From assembly GCA_951406725.2 (NCBI GenBank), contig OX597820.1:106578001-106642000 (forward strand): a stretch of DNA of 64,000 nt, read 5' to 3'. The stretch's first letter is position 1, and every line of letters begins with the position of its first letter. Of the stretch, positions 24,777 to 38,117 are shown piece after piece. Source of the DNA: Octopus vulgaris (lineage: Eukaryota). Under the pieces are notes generated by a model. That model ran no database searches and was not told where the DNA came from. It was given only the letters and a program-made list of their open reading frames with translations. The translations under genes and the position numbers were made by a program.

Positions 24777-26906
24777 TTCAAATATCAGAAGTCTAAAATC
24801 AGATTCATTAAAGACTGACACAAGAAAGCTAAGATCTTTTTTAATTTTTTCAATATTTCATCCATTTTCCATACTAGTTTGTTATGAGAAGATTTGTGTT
24901 GTAACATTTCTTTGCTTTAATAACTAGAAGCACTTCCCATTACAAACCATTTAATCATGGAACTTTTTTTAGGCATCCATACTAAGACAAACCAAATTAT
25001 GGTGTCTTCACCAAAACACTATAAGAATAATGTTATCATATCCCTTATTTCTAAATCCCTTTAAGAGGTAGCCAATTTTTAAGGCATTATTCCACCCTAA
25101 TTGCTTGACAATTTTCATTAACTCTTTCAACATTGACCTCCACCTGAGACTACCCCTGGTTCACTGATAAAATACTATGAAATTTAGAAAATTCTCATTA
25201 TTATTGCCATTATTAATGACCATTTGTAAATATGTCAGCTAGATGTGCCTACACATCATGCTCTTCCTTCTTACTGGAAAGAAATGGAAGCATGTATGAA
25301 GCTAGGTCAGTTCCTACTGAAATTTCTCACAAAAAAAATTTTGATCTTGAAACAATACGCAAAGAAACTAAATTCTTTAACCTTTTATAACCATATTTCC
25401 AGAGAAGTACACTACTTTGTTTCAGTTAATTTTGAAAATAAAAACATTTAATAAAATAACTTTGTCATTATTAAGCTGGCATTTGGAACTAACAGGAAAT
25501 CTTAATGGAAAGTTTTAATTTAGAACAAACAAGGAAGTTTGTACCATAGAATAAAGGACAGCCTGACAGTTTGGTATCAAAAGAGTTAAGCATCTAACTC
25601 AACTTCTTGTGCATATAATCTTCATCCTCACAACCCCAATACAATATTTATTTTAATCCAATAAGTGATTAAGAAAGGCACTTTGGAATAAAAGTTAACT
25701 CACAGCAAGGACAGATTGCAAAACTAGTTTCATTACATTTATATCATTAATGTCCTTCGGAAAAAGCATTCACATCACAAATTTTCATTTCTCCTCAATT
25801 ACAAATCTGAGGTTGTAAACCTATGTACCAATTTATATTGATTCCTATGTCAAACACCAATAGATATCTAACTTTGGAAAGAAAAGAAAAACATAGTTGA
25901 TGATGATGCCTTTAAGTAGTTGCTTCATCTGCTGAAAATAGCAGCCAACCTCTTTCAAATCACACCTTCCATTATTTTCAAAATGTATTGAAACAAAGGC
26001 AGCATATCTGAACAGAAATAATGTAACAAAAGTGTTAAATTTAAATAATATCAATAATTTGCCTTCAAGGCTTAGAGTAGCAGAAATGGTAAGGAATTAC
26101 AGTTTTTAGCTTCATTCTACAATGATCCAAGCCTAAACCCTTTTAAAGACAACTTCACAATTCAGGGTTGATAAAATAAGTACCAGGCATGTACATTTCT
26201 CAATTCATTCAACTGCACTCCTCTCCTACAAATGTGTAGTCTTTTGCTGTCTAAAAATTCAATAAAAATTACTTGTAATCACACACCTTTAGCAACAAAA
26301 ACCCTAAGAATTAATTAATTTCATGTAACCCTTTTCATACTGACCCACTAATAGCCATCTCATCACCATTGTTTTAACATCCACTTTTCCATGCTTGCAT
26401 GGTCAGATAGAATTTTGGTGAGGCAGGATGCATTTCATGCTGCAAACCTTCACTTGATTCCAAGTAAAGCAATATTCTCCACAACCAGAAATGGATGATT
26501 GGAAATAAAAGAAACCATTTGCATGACAGTGACATTCATTACAATGCTCAGTTGTAAGCAAGCAAGGTAAAATCTCCACATGGTCGGGACATGTTTTGCA
26601 CTGACAATCAGAAACAAGGGACACCACTTGTATGATAGTGACACTTGTTTACAACTATCTTGCCATATCAAGAGACACAAACACACATATATAGACAAGG
26701 CTATGTGGTTGTGTGGTTAAGAAATTTGCCTCCCAACCATATGGCTTCAAGTTCACAGTCCTATTACATAGAACCTTCATCAAGAATCTTTTATTGTAGC
26801 TCAGGGCTGACCAAAGCCTTGTGAGAGGATTTGGTAGATGAAAACTGAAAGAAGCCTGTTGTATACATGTATATACATATATATATATATGTGTATGTAT
26901 ATATAT

Positions 26907-26951
<45 letters not shown>

Positions 26952-26991
26952 GAAACTGAAAGAAGCCCATTGTATGTATGTGTGTGTGTGT

Positions 26992-27283
26992 AGCACGACC
27001 TTCGAACTTTGTCTCACCGAGGAAATGACTAGAGACCGAGACCTTTGGAAGTATGCTGTGCATGAGAAGACACGGCAGGACAAGTGAGACCATAACCCAT
27101 GACGTCAGTCCTCTTATGCATACCTTTCCTTCTTGGGACACAAAACTCTACTTGTGAAACCTGTTCAGGCAAGTGAAAATCAAAATCAAAATCGATCAAC
27201 ATGAATGGAAATTGTAGCTGTGATACCAGTGCCGGTGGCACGTAAGAGGGCCCTCCGAACGTGGCCATTGCCAGCGCCGTGTA
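26992..27283 (+). mobile_element. RTE LINE ORF2 end and 3' UTR fragment
   Basis: LTEEMTRDRDLWKYAVHEKTRQDK* followed by a UTR that is the reverse complement of 23280-23480. Confidence 0.8.
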
Positions 27284-28349
27284 AACATACACACATACAT
27301 GTACATACATATACACATGTAAACACACACACACACACGTACACGTACATACATATACACACACACATACAAACACATACATACACACAAAGACACGATT
27401 TTCTACAGATCTGATTCAGGTAAAGCAGTCAATTTATTGATCAGAAGCATTTAATTACTTCCCACCCATGACAGCAGGAGAATAATGAACTGTTAAAGCA
27501 ATAACAGTGAAGGAAACAAACTAGAAATATCAAAGATCCATAAATTATTCAGATTCCAATGCCAACTGCTACTCTAGATACATTATTTATTGATAAAAGA
27601 GTTAAACTGTACCAATCGAGTACACTTGTCTTTACAGAAGAAACAAATCTGGATCTTCCTTCAATTACATCAGTTGAGAATCATCCCTGTCATCATTTTA
27701 ACATCTACTTTACCATACTCACATGGATCAGACAGAAGTCACTGAGGAAGGCTTTTGATGGTTGGATGCCTTTCCTGTCACTATCACTCAGCTGTATCCA
27801 ACCAAGGTAATATCTCCCCATGGCCAGGACATGTTTGCACTGAAGACTGGAAACAAGGTACACCACTTACAACTATGTCATATCAAAACAAATACACACA
27901 CACACATATAGACAAAGCTATGTGGTTAAGAAGTTTGCTTCCCAACTACATGTCTTCAAGTCCACATTCCCATTACATAGCAGCTTCAGCAAGAGCCCAC
28001 TATTGTAGCTCAGGTAAATGAAAACTGAAAGAAGACCATTATATATATGTATGGTGTGAGTCTGCTTCTGTCGTCTTGTGATAACACTACGTGATAGTTG
28101 TAAATAAGGGTCACTGCCATACAAGCAGTATCATTCATTTGCAATATTCTGTGAGAACATGTGTGGCCATATGAATACATTACTTTGATTGGAAATAATG
28201 AGGGTTGGCCAACAGGAAGGGCTTCTGGCTATAGAAAATCTGCCTCAAATAAACTCTGCCCAACCCATGCAAGCATTGAAAAGTGGATATTAAATGAAGA
28301 TGAAGATGTGTGTATATATATATGTTTGTGTGTGTGTGTATATGATTTG

Positions 28350-28371
<22 letters not shown>

Positions 28372-28384
<13 letters not shown>

Positions 28385-28583
28385 TTAGAGACAAAACCAC
28401 TATTTTGCAAAACAAACAAGGAAAGACTTAATCAATACATAAAATTTTTACTTTTTTTTACTTTTTTTCTATTTTTTTACTTTTTTTTACTTTTTTACTT
28501 TTTATTAAAATTTTATGTATTGATTAAGTCTTTCCTTGTTTGTTTTGCAAAATAGTGGTTTTGTCTCTAATTAATATTATATA
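28372..28583. repeat. Essentially perfect inverted repeat, ~77 bp arms, with a (T)nAC-rich loop, embedded in (TA)n
   Basis: aattagagacaaaaccactattttgcaaaacaaacaaggaaagacttaatcaatacataaaatttt and its exact reverse complement at 28507-28583. Confidence 0.95.
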
Positions 28584-28659
28584 ATATTTTACTATAAAAT
28601 TGGATTTAATCCTAAGTCTGATTTTTTTCCCTGTAAATTTGGATTTATTCCCTAATATT

Positions 28660-28711
<52 letters not shown>

Positions 28712-30174
28712 TTGTCTTGGCATCAATTGATAGTTGTGTCATTGTCATACAAGCAGTGTCATTCATTTCCAATATTCTACAAAATCATGTCTGGCTATGG
28801 GGAAATATTACCTTGCTTGAAAACAGGTGAAGTGTTGGCAACAGGACAGGCATCCACCTTAGAAAAACTGCCTCAAACTTCATCTGACCTATGCAAGCAT
28901 AAGAGAGTGGATAATGACAATATAAAATGAGTTTCTTTCAGTTTCTGCCTACTAAATCCACTCACATGGCTATGATCCGATCCAGGAAGGCTACAGTAGA
29001 AGATACATGCCATACACTCTTATTGCCATACACTGTGACTGGACGTAAAAGCACATGGTTGGGATGCTAACTTCTTAACCACACAACCATGTCCATGCCT
29101 ACTCAGAAATTATTACAACAAACACTGATGTTAATTATAACAATGGTGTGGAAATAAAATTATGACAGTACCTTCTAACATCAATACATAATCATGTTTT
29201 TTAAACAAGGGCAACTATAACTTAACGTAAGTTCAAAGAAAAAAACAATTGAATGAATAACTTTATCAGCATTTCTAATTCTTTAATATCAGAGTCATTT
29301 ATGTTGGTTATACTACTTCACCAGAGCATCTATATTGTATTATGAACTATTAAATTCATTAGATATTTTCAGTAAAACCTTTAACAATTATGTTCTATAT
29401 CAGGCACGGACAAATTTTTTCAAGAAGCAGGTCACATAAGATATGGCTCATCATCAAGCAGGCTACACTGCTAAAAAAAAATTTTTTTTTAATGAAAGGT
29501 AATTTTCCATTAGGTGATGCCATTCAGAAATACTTGCAAGCCAGTTTACCCATGACTATTCTACATCAAGTCAACAAAGGAAATTTCAACCATTGGGAAA
29601 CTACTAAGAAGAATAGCCAAATCTTCTCAAGTTGCACCCTACTAATTTTAAATAAAGAAAGAAAAGAAAAAAGATACTTTGGACAACACAGTTCTGACCA
29701 ACAGGAGCTCTAGAAAGCAAAATATTAAATTTACTGTAGATGTTTTAGAACACCAATACTGCAGTACTTGCCAAGCCAGGTACAGCAGTATTCAGTATTC
29801 TAATAAAACATCCATGTCATGTTGGATATAAAGATTGCCTTTTGGCACTAATACTGCTTCCATTGCTAATATATATTTTCTGTAAATATTAAATATTTGA
29901 AAGATAGAATGGAAGAAAAGGTGTAGAAAAAGAATAAAATATTTACACCTTTATAAGTTGTTACATTAGTAAATATAAAATAGTGTGTGTGTGTGTGTGT
30001 GCGAGAGAGAGAGAGATCATCATCAGAATCATTTAACATCCATCTTCCATACTGGTATGGGTTGGATGATTTGACCAATTTTTGATGAGCCAGAGGACTA
30101 CATCAGGCTCCAATGCATAGTTTGGCATGGTTTCTGCAGATAGAAGCTCTTCCTAACATCAATTCACTTTAGAG

Positions 30175-31184
30175 CAGGGTTTCCCAACCATTTTTTGTGG
30201 ACCACCAAAATAAGTAATTTTTTCCTGTGGACCACCTCAAATTTTAAATTTATTATAAAAGAACTGCTATCATAAATATTAGTATTATTTTCACTTTGCA
30301 ATGAAAGTTCCTTTTTCGTTCTTGTAAGGGACATCACAGAGAACAAATAACTGCGAACACCAATAACAAAACCAATTTGCAAATGCACAGGATTCTCAAG
30401 GAAGCTTTATTTGATAGAATCGAATAGAAAAGGTTACTGAGTCATGGAAAACACTCCCTTTTATTCAGAAAAAAAGCTATACAGTTAAAATATAACAATG
30501 TGAAGGGTAAATTCAAAGAATGTGAGGAGTGAAGTTGGGATCAGTAACAAAAGGTCGTGTAAATGTTTGAGGGAATATAACAAATTAACTTAAATATGTC
30601 AGCGACAAGTTATTGGAAAAAACGTCAAGAAACCTTAAGTGAGACCCTTGGGCTTCCTTTTATCAACAAGCTGATAAATCCTTGCTTCTTTTTGGCTCAA
30701 GCAAATTTTCAAATCAGCATTGTTATTGAGGTTCAAATGCCTCTGCTGCTTCGTGAACAAGTGGAGGGCAAGAGGAAATCCTTTTTCAGCCAAGCAGGAT
30801 GCTGGAAGATTTATGATAAAAGGCTTGACTTGTTCAAACAGCTTTGGATATTCATGAGAATGATTCAACCCAGTTGTTTTCAGACAATTTGCACAGATTA
30901 TCATCTGCCGTTGCCTCACACAGCTCCATCTGAACGCATGCTGGTTGAACAACTATATCATTCATAGGCATTATGTAAAGAGAGTCCACAAAAATTGGGA
31001 TATTTAAGGCCAAAAGATCTTCAAAACGAATTTTGAAGGAAAGATAGATGCTCGATTATATATTTGTGCAAGTTGAGGCATATTTTGTTTGCACATGTGC
31101 GTGTATGGAAAAATTTTAATTCTTCAGGTGAACCACAGAAAATTTTCCACAGACCATCTGAATGGACTAGGTTGGGAACCCCTG
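30175..31184 (-). mobile_element. Non-autonomous hAT (Charlie/Buster-like) transposon
   Basis: TIRs CAGGGTTTCCCAACC / GGTTGGGAACCCCTG. Perfect 8 bp TSD CTTTAGAG at 30167-30174 and 31185-31192. Remnant of the hAT dimerisation domain EYPKLFEQVKPFIINLPASCLAEKGF..DLKICLS. It splits an older RTE-tailed SINE. Confidence 0.92.
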
Positions 31185-32259
31185 CTTTAGAGTGTACTGG
31201 CTGCTTTCTTTTGTGGTACTAGCACTAGTCATGTCACCAGGTTAACTTGCAAGACAAGACCCATTGACAGTGTTGGGAGTGTAGTATTGAGGAAGGTGTC
31301 ATTATGCCAGGTGTTGAAAGGTAAAAGTATTATAGAGAAACAGATCAAGTATTTTACTCTAGAGGTGATACATGGCATAAAAACACACACGTATAATGTG
31401 TATATGTGTGTGTGTGTGAGTAGACTTGAAACCTTGATAAACTATTACATATATTCAAATAAAAGCTGCTTCAATAAAGAATTCTAAATCAAATGGAACC
31501 TTATTTTTTGTTGTTTCTTTTTCCTTTTTTTCCCTCTTTTTCGCTCTCAAAACTACACTATCACCCACCCACAGCCCACACAAAATAAAAACCAAGATAA
31601 AACATGATGCTGAATTTCATTAAGGATTCATTAAAATGCCATAAGATAACATAGCTTAGACAATCCCTTGAATTAAATGTCAGCCTTTCAAAAAATACTG
31701 ACACAAAGATGCTTGCTAAGCGAACAGTGCCAGATCTAACAACTTTTATGATAATTTGTTGAGCCAGGAACTAAATAAAAACTCCTAAGCTATATTTTAT
31801 TTATCATATTATCATAGTGAACATGAAATCTTATGTTTATGTATAAAAAATTATTATTATTATTATAAGGTTGAATATTTAGCTCAAATGAGACCCTATT
31901 TAGAACAGACCTAAATATCTGAGAAAGTAAAAATAAAATTAGCAAATAAAGCAGCCAAATCAAGAAAACTGAAAAGACAATGCTACTTGTTAAAACTGGT
32001 CATATACCCATCATCATCATCATTGTTTTACCATCTACTTTTCCATACTTCCATGGATCAGACAGAAGTTGGTGAGGCAGATTTTCTACATCTGGACATC
32101 CTTCCCATCACCTACGCTAACCCACTTCCAAGTAATGTTTCCCCATAAACAGACATTATGGTGACACTTGTTTACAACTATCACGTGCTGTCAAAGCAAA
32201 GAGACAGTAACACATAGAATGACAGGCTTCTTTCAGTTTCCATCTACCAAACCCACTCA

Positions 32260-32373
32260 ACTGTATACCTAACCTTGTTACAACCGGCCACATACCCAGC
32301 CTTGTTAAAACTGGCCACATACCCAGCCTTGTTAAAACTGGCTGTATACTCAGTTTTGTGAAAACTAGCTGTG
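32260..32373. repeat. 27 bp minisatellite (catacccagccttgttaaaactggcca) x~4
   Basis: Directly visible. A further unit at about 31985-32010 is separated from it by a SINE. Confidence 0.85.
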
Positions 32374-32987
32374 TTTTTTTTTCTGTTTAATTGTTGAAAT
32401 TTGTTGATAATCCAACTTTGCAGTCAAGTTACCTTTGATATCAGGAAAACCATCATCAAATTATACAGACATTAGCTGTTGTTTAGCCCCAAGTCAGCCC
32501 TAACTGAACTATTACTAGTGATATCTCAGTCGCAATTTTAATTTACATCTTGCACCATGTCTTGCTTTTTTAAAGCCATTAGGGTGTTGATTTGAGGGAG
32601 AGATGGCTGCTATTTCTAGCACAGTGTATCAAACTTATTTGGCTTTACAAGCTGGATTGCAGCATAAATTAGATTTTACAAGCTGGATGGGAATAATTAT
32701 TCTTAAAAAACACTATTCATAAGGTAAGCCAAAGTAAATGGATAAAGAGGTCAACATACATAATATTAACAAAAGTGAAGAAAGAATATAAGGCATGAAC
32801 AAATTTTATGTGCAGGGACATGTGGGGGGAAATCTCATTTACATGGCATATATACAAAGTCGTATCAAATATAACCAATCAGGACCTATGTTAATCATGC
32901 CTCTTATCAGGCTTCAACTTGCTAACAATATATATTTAAGAGAATATTATAAAATTAAAAAATAAAAGTGATTTATATATATATATA

Positions 32988-34552
32988 TCATCATCATCGT
33001 TTAACGTCCGTTCTCCATGCTAGCATGGGTTGTACGGTTCGACCGGGGATCTGGGAAGCCAGAAGGCTACACCAGGCTCCAGTCTGATCTGGCAGTGTTT
33101 CTACAACTGGATGCCCTTCTTAACGCCAACCACTCTGTGAGTGTAGTGGGTGCTTTTTACGTGCCACCTGCACAGGTGCCAGGCGAGGCTGGCAACGGCC
33201 ACCGGCATGGAAGCCAGTCGAGGTGGCACTGGCATCGGCCACGATTCAGATGGTGCTTTTTATGTGCCACCAGCACGGAAGCCAGTCAGGGCGCCGCTGG
33301 TATCGGCCACGATTCGGATAGCGCTTTTTATGTGCCACTGGCATGGAAGCCAGTCTAGGCTTTTACGTGCCACCGACTCAGGGATCACAACAGTCTGCCT
33401 TTTACTCTGATCGAGAGGCCTTTAGTCACCAGCAGAAGTAAGAGTTCTCTGAACTTTGCCCAGGCTATTCTTACTCTAGCAGTTACACTTCCAGCACATC
33501 CACACCCACTACTGACTTGGTCACCTAGATAACAGAAGCTATCAACTACTTCTAGTTTTCCCCCTGGAAAGTGACGGAAGTTGTTTTCTGCAGATTTTCA
33601 GAGTTTATTGCTCCCGAGCATCTGCCACATACAAAAACTATCTTCCCAGTTAGCCTTCCTTTGACATTGCTGCACCTCTTATGTGTCCATAGCTTACACT
33701 GGGTACATCTTATAGAGTTTCTACCTATGCCTTTTCCACAGATCAAGCAGGGCCATGTACCTGAAGGCATTTGTGGTTTGTCTACCTTCCTACTTATTAG
33801 GACTTTGGTTTTAGCTAGGTTGACTCTAAGGCCCCTCGATTCTAATCCCTCCTTCCACACCTGGAACTTCTCCTCCAGTTCTGATAGTGACTCAGCAATT
33901 AGAGCAAGGTCATCAGCATAGAGGAGCTCCCAGGGGCATCCTGTCTTGAATTCCTCCGTAATTGCCTGGAGGACTATGATAAATAGGAGGGGCTGAGGAC
34001 TGAACCCTGGTGGACCCCAACCTCTACCTTGAATTCTTCAGTGTACACGTTGCCAACCCTCACCTTACTTACAGCATCCCTGTACATGGCTTGCACAGCT
34101 CTCACCAGCCATTCATCTATCCCTAGTTTCCTCATTGACCACCAGATAAGGGATCGGGGGACCCTGTCGAAGGCTTTCTCCATGTCAACGAAAGCCAGGT
34201 ACAGGGGCTTATCTTTGGCTAGGTATTTCTCCTGCAGCTGTCTCACCAGAAATATGGCATCAGTGGTGCTTTTCCCTGGCACGAAACCAAACTGCATCTC
34301 ATCCAAGCTGACTCTCTCCCTAATCAGTTGGGCTATGACCCTCTCCGTAACCTTCATTACCTGATCCAACAGCTTGATACCTCTGTAATTATTTGTATCT
34401 AAAGCGTCACCTTTACCTTTATAGCAGTTGACTATTATGCTGCTACACCAATCATTGGGTATGACTCCTTCGTGTATCACCTGGTTAACTATACGGGTGA
34501 CTAGGCTATAGCCGACACTGCCAGATATTTTGAACATCTCTGCAGTAATTAG
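32988..34552 (-). mobile_element. RTE-clade LINE: RT region plus 3' tail, 5'-truncated and internally deleted
   Basis: NYRGIKLLDQVMKV, MQFGFVPGKSTTDAIF, LAFVDMEKAFDRV, VGVHQGSVLSP, ELLYADDL and a PHD-like CLIC..CTQCKLWTHKRC insertion; (GAT)n tail at 32988. Confidence 0.93.
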
Positions 34553-34815
34553 CATAAATTGAGTCAATGGCCAGACAAAATATTGCCATGGGCCAAACCT
34601 GGCCTGCAAGCTATATATTTGACACCAGCTCCTTCCATTATTACTTTTGTCATTTCTACATGAACACTTTAATATATCTAACATGAAATCAGTATTATGA
34701 ATGCTAAAGAGAATAAGTTCAACTGTTTAACCATAGCAAACTTTCAGAAAATAGTATGTCTAAAATATTTCTATTAAATGAGAGACTGAATGATTTTGAC
34801 TTACAATTCTGTAGT

Positions 34816-35092
34816 CATGTACCAAACATCATTTTTTATTCCCTACCACTGAACAAATAATTATTTAGTTTTATTATAAATAAATTTCATTTACAAATTC
34901 AGAGCAAGCCATATGGCAACACAGGCTACTTGCCATATACTATTAGGCCACATGTAGGTTGCTTGCCACATAATATTAATCAACATGTTGCTATGTGGCT
35001 AGCTCTGAATTTGTAAGTGAAATTTATATTTAATAAAATTTTTAAATTATCTGTTCAAAGTGGTAGGGAATAAAAAGGATGTTTGATACATG
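34816..35092. repeat. Inverted repeat, ~105 bp arms, around two 33 bp minisatellite units
   Basis: catgtaccaaacatc..ttattccctaccact..ttacaaattcagagc pairs with gctctgaatttgtaa..agtggtagggaataa..gatgtttgatacatg. Confidence 0.85.
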
Positions 35093-35100
35093 CATACAGT

Positions 35101-35310
35101 ATTAGACCACACGTTAGCTACTTACCATATATTATTAGACCATATGCTGGTTACTTGCCATATATTATTAGGCTACATGTGGGTTATTTGCCATATAACA
35201 TGAGGCAACATTTGGGTTATTTGCCATATACCACTAAGCAAGACATGGGCTATTTTACTTATATTGTTACACAACATATAGGTTATTTGTTGCCACATAT
35301 TAAGCAACTC
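35101..35310. repeat. 33 bp minisatellite (attagrccacatgtrggytacttgccatatatt) x~6
   Basis: Visible period of 33; translates as 11-aa IRxHVGYLPYI repeats. Confidence 0.85.
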
Positions 35311-35476
35311 TTGGATGATCAACTTAATTGACCACTAAGTTTAATACCCCTACTTGGTCTTTGGATGTCTTTAGCCCAATTCACTTTGTAGCAAGAACTT
35401 TGGCCATGTCTCTGATTTGAGGATAACTTCCTCCCTATCCCCCATTACCTTCAGAAGCCCTGAAAAAATAATGGGT

Positions 35477-35913
35477 TACGGGTTTTATTGCCATATCTTT
35501 AAGATGCACTGCCTTTGTTTCAATAAATTCTGAAAATCATGAAGAATTTAGTAAAATAACTTAGTCATAACCCTTCTGGTACCAACTTGCCTAAGACTGT
35601 CACTGCTCTTGTAATACAAACTTCCTATTTTAAAAAATCTAAAATAAAATCTTCAATCAAAATTTCAAGTCATGTCCCAAACATTAACTTGATAATGCCT
35701 AACTTATTTTTACTAAATTCTTCCTTATTTTCAAAATTAATTGAAAAAAGAAAAAATGAAGTGTTATTTCAAAAGAAATATGGTAATGAAAGCTGTTCAG
35801 AACAATAAACATGAAATTTTAAAGACAGATTTAAATTTAGATTTCTTTAAAACAGCTAGTTTATATCATAGAAGTAAAGGCAGTTTCATGTGGGTTGGTA
35901 GCAAAAGGGTTAA
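35477..35913. mobile_element. TTAA MITE with an inverted copy of the same family nested inside (about 35567-35790)
   Basis: The outer copy breaks at gtaaaataacttagtca|taaccctt and resumes at agctgttcagaac..aaagggttaa. Confidence 0.65.
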
Positions 35914-35927
35914 ACTTATGATGAATG

Positions 35928-36215
35928 AAGGTGCATGGCTTCGTGGTTAGGGTATTTGGCTCACGATCATAAGGTTGTGAGTGTGATTTCTGGCAACATG
36001 TGTATCCTTGAGCAAGGCACTTTATTTCATGTTGCTCCAGTCCACACAGCTGGCAACAATGAGTAGTACCTGTATTTCAAAGGGGGGTGGCAGCCTTGTC
36101 ACATTTTGTTTCACACTGAATCTCTCTGAGAATTATATTAAAGGTGTGCATGTCTGTGGATTGCTCAGCCACTTGCATGTTAATTTCATGAGCAAGCTGT
36201 TCCGTGGCCATTCAT
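35928..36215 (+). mobile_element. tRNA-derived SINE, V-domain-like family
   Basis: ggtgcatggcttcgtggttagggtatttggctcacgatcataaggtt..ccttgagcaaggcactttatttc. Confidence 0.7.
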
Positions 36216-38117
36216 CTAGTAAAAAGAAAATGTTTTTACTTGATGAATGGCCACCATTTACCTGAAAGGCATTCTACCAAAAGCTAATAGAAAAATATTT
36301 AATAAAAAATCTGTTACCAATAAAAATTCCAAGTTGCCAAAGGAGAGGGAGGAGACTTGATTTTATTTTTAAGAGATTAACAGTAGGTTTGTCAGAAACA
36401 ATAGAATATTGAGTTTCAACCATTTTAGTTTTGTGTTCAAAATCTTACCTGGGTCAAATTTGCCTTTTATCCATCTCTATAGAAAACCAGTGATAAAATA
36501 ATGTCAATTTAACCAATTATAGATATTCTCCTGCCAAAACTGTTAATATCGCTGGTCCCAAAATAACTTAACAAGTTTATTTGCAAGATACAAATAAAGA
36601 ACTTACTTTTTATTTTGAGGTTTCTGTTGACATCAATTTATGCCCAAAGGTCAAATAATTTTACTGGAGTCACTGCCTTCAGTAATTTTCTGGAGTAATA
36701 ACTAAAACGAAAAGACCTTAACAGAGGCCTGCTATTCCCTTCTCCCTGACAGTGGTGGTAAATCAGAGGTCAAGAACTTTGCACAACTATCAGAGTGGTG
36801 TTCCATAGGCCACTATTCAGATCAGTCAATAAGTTACAAAAATAAAAAAGTGGCCATCCACTACTATAATTCTCAAAGATGCTGGCAAATTATAATCATT
36901 AATGCAGCTTTTAAAAACATTGTTAGGCAGATTTGCTTAGTCCCATTCAGCATATATTCAAACTGGAGCTGGCACTAACTGCTATAAATATACAGCTGGC
37001 ATTTGTTTATACAGCTGCTACAATGAATTTCAGGGATTGGTGATGGTGGTGGTGGTGGTCATTGTCAGGGTGATTGGTAAAATAATATATATCAGTACTA
37101 ATCTAGGAATGAACTTTTGAAAGTAAAGTTTACATGAAGGGATTCTAATAGTCCACAAATTTAATTAACATCAGGTTTGGACTTTAGTACAGCTAAAAGT
37201 CATCACATCTAAAGTGACTAAATATAGCATAGAAGCAAATTATATTAACTTTCCTTGCTACTAACATTTTCACAGAGACATACACACAAATAATAAGTAT
37301 AATAAGAATTAAAAATTTCATAGTTCACATTGTACAATTTCATTTTTAATTACATGTATGTGCAAGTGGCACTCTCTCTCTCACACACACACACACACAT
37401 TATCTTTCATATACATGTACATAAATAGGCAGAGGTAAAGAATATGCACACCACCCGTTTTTGGCATAACCCTAACCCTAAACACCGGGAGTATGTATTG
37501 TTGATCTTTGCCCATAAATACATAAGCTTACATCCTTTTTGTGCATGAGAGAGAGAAAGAGAGTGAGGTTGTATTTCCTCATAAATATAGAAAAAAGAAT
37601 ATCCTTTAATGCAATTTTTTTGGTTGTGACTTATTTTAATACAATATTTATGTGTACATTTTCATAAATGTTTGTCTAAGTAGAATTCTATGCATGTGTG
37701 AAAAATCAGACGAAAGTGACACATTAGAAGAAAATGAAAATATTATCCTAAAATGACCTCAAAATTGTGCGACCCAACCTAGTTGCAGAGGTTATTTTAG
37801 TTGTAAAAAAGAGTTGTTGAGTCAAAAACATAGTTTATTTGATAGATAGATAATAAGCAGCTTTCTTTATCATAATACACATATGAATAGTTCAGAGAAA
37901 CATTACTTTCATTATTCACACAACGTCAGTCTCGTAATGCAATACTTTGTAATTTTGGTTCAAATTGAAAGTGTGAAACTATTTTCATTTTGTAATGAAA
38001 CCTGGTCATTGTAGAGAAGTGTATTTGAAATAACTATAGCTGGTTATTGAGATAACATAGAAAATGTGTAAATGAAAATAAAGTTTATTTGACATGTGTA
38101 ATTGATTTGATTGTTCT

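Noticed and set aside
35083-35331. 33 bp periodic repeat as a CRISPR array or repeat protein
   Set aside because: The units are contiguous with no unique spacers, the context is eukaryotic, there are no cas genes, and there is no splice or start support for coding.
37467-37481. taaccctaaccctaa as an interstitial telomere
   Set aside because: Only about 2.5 units; such motifs are common inside DNA-transposon ends.
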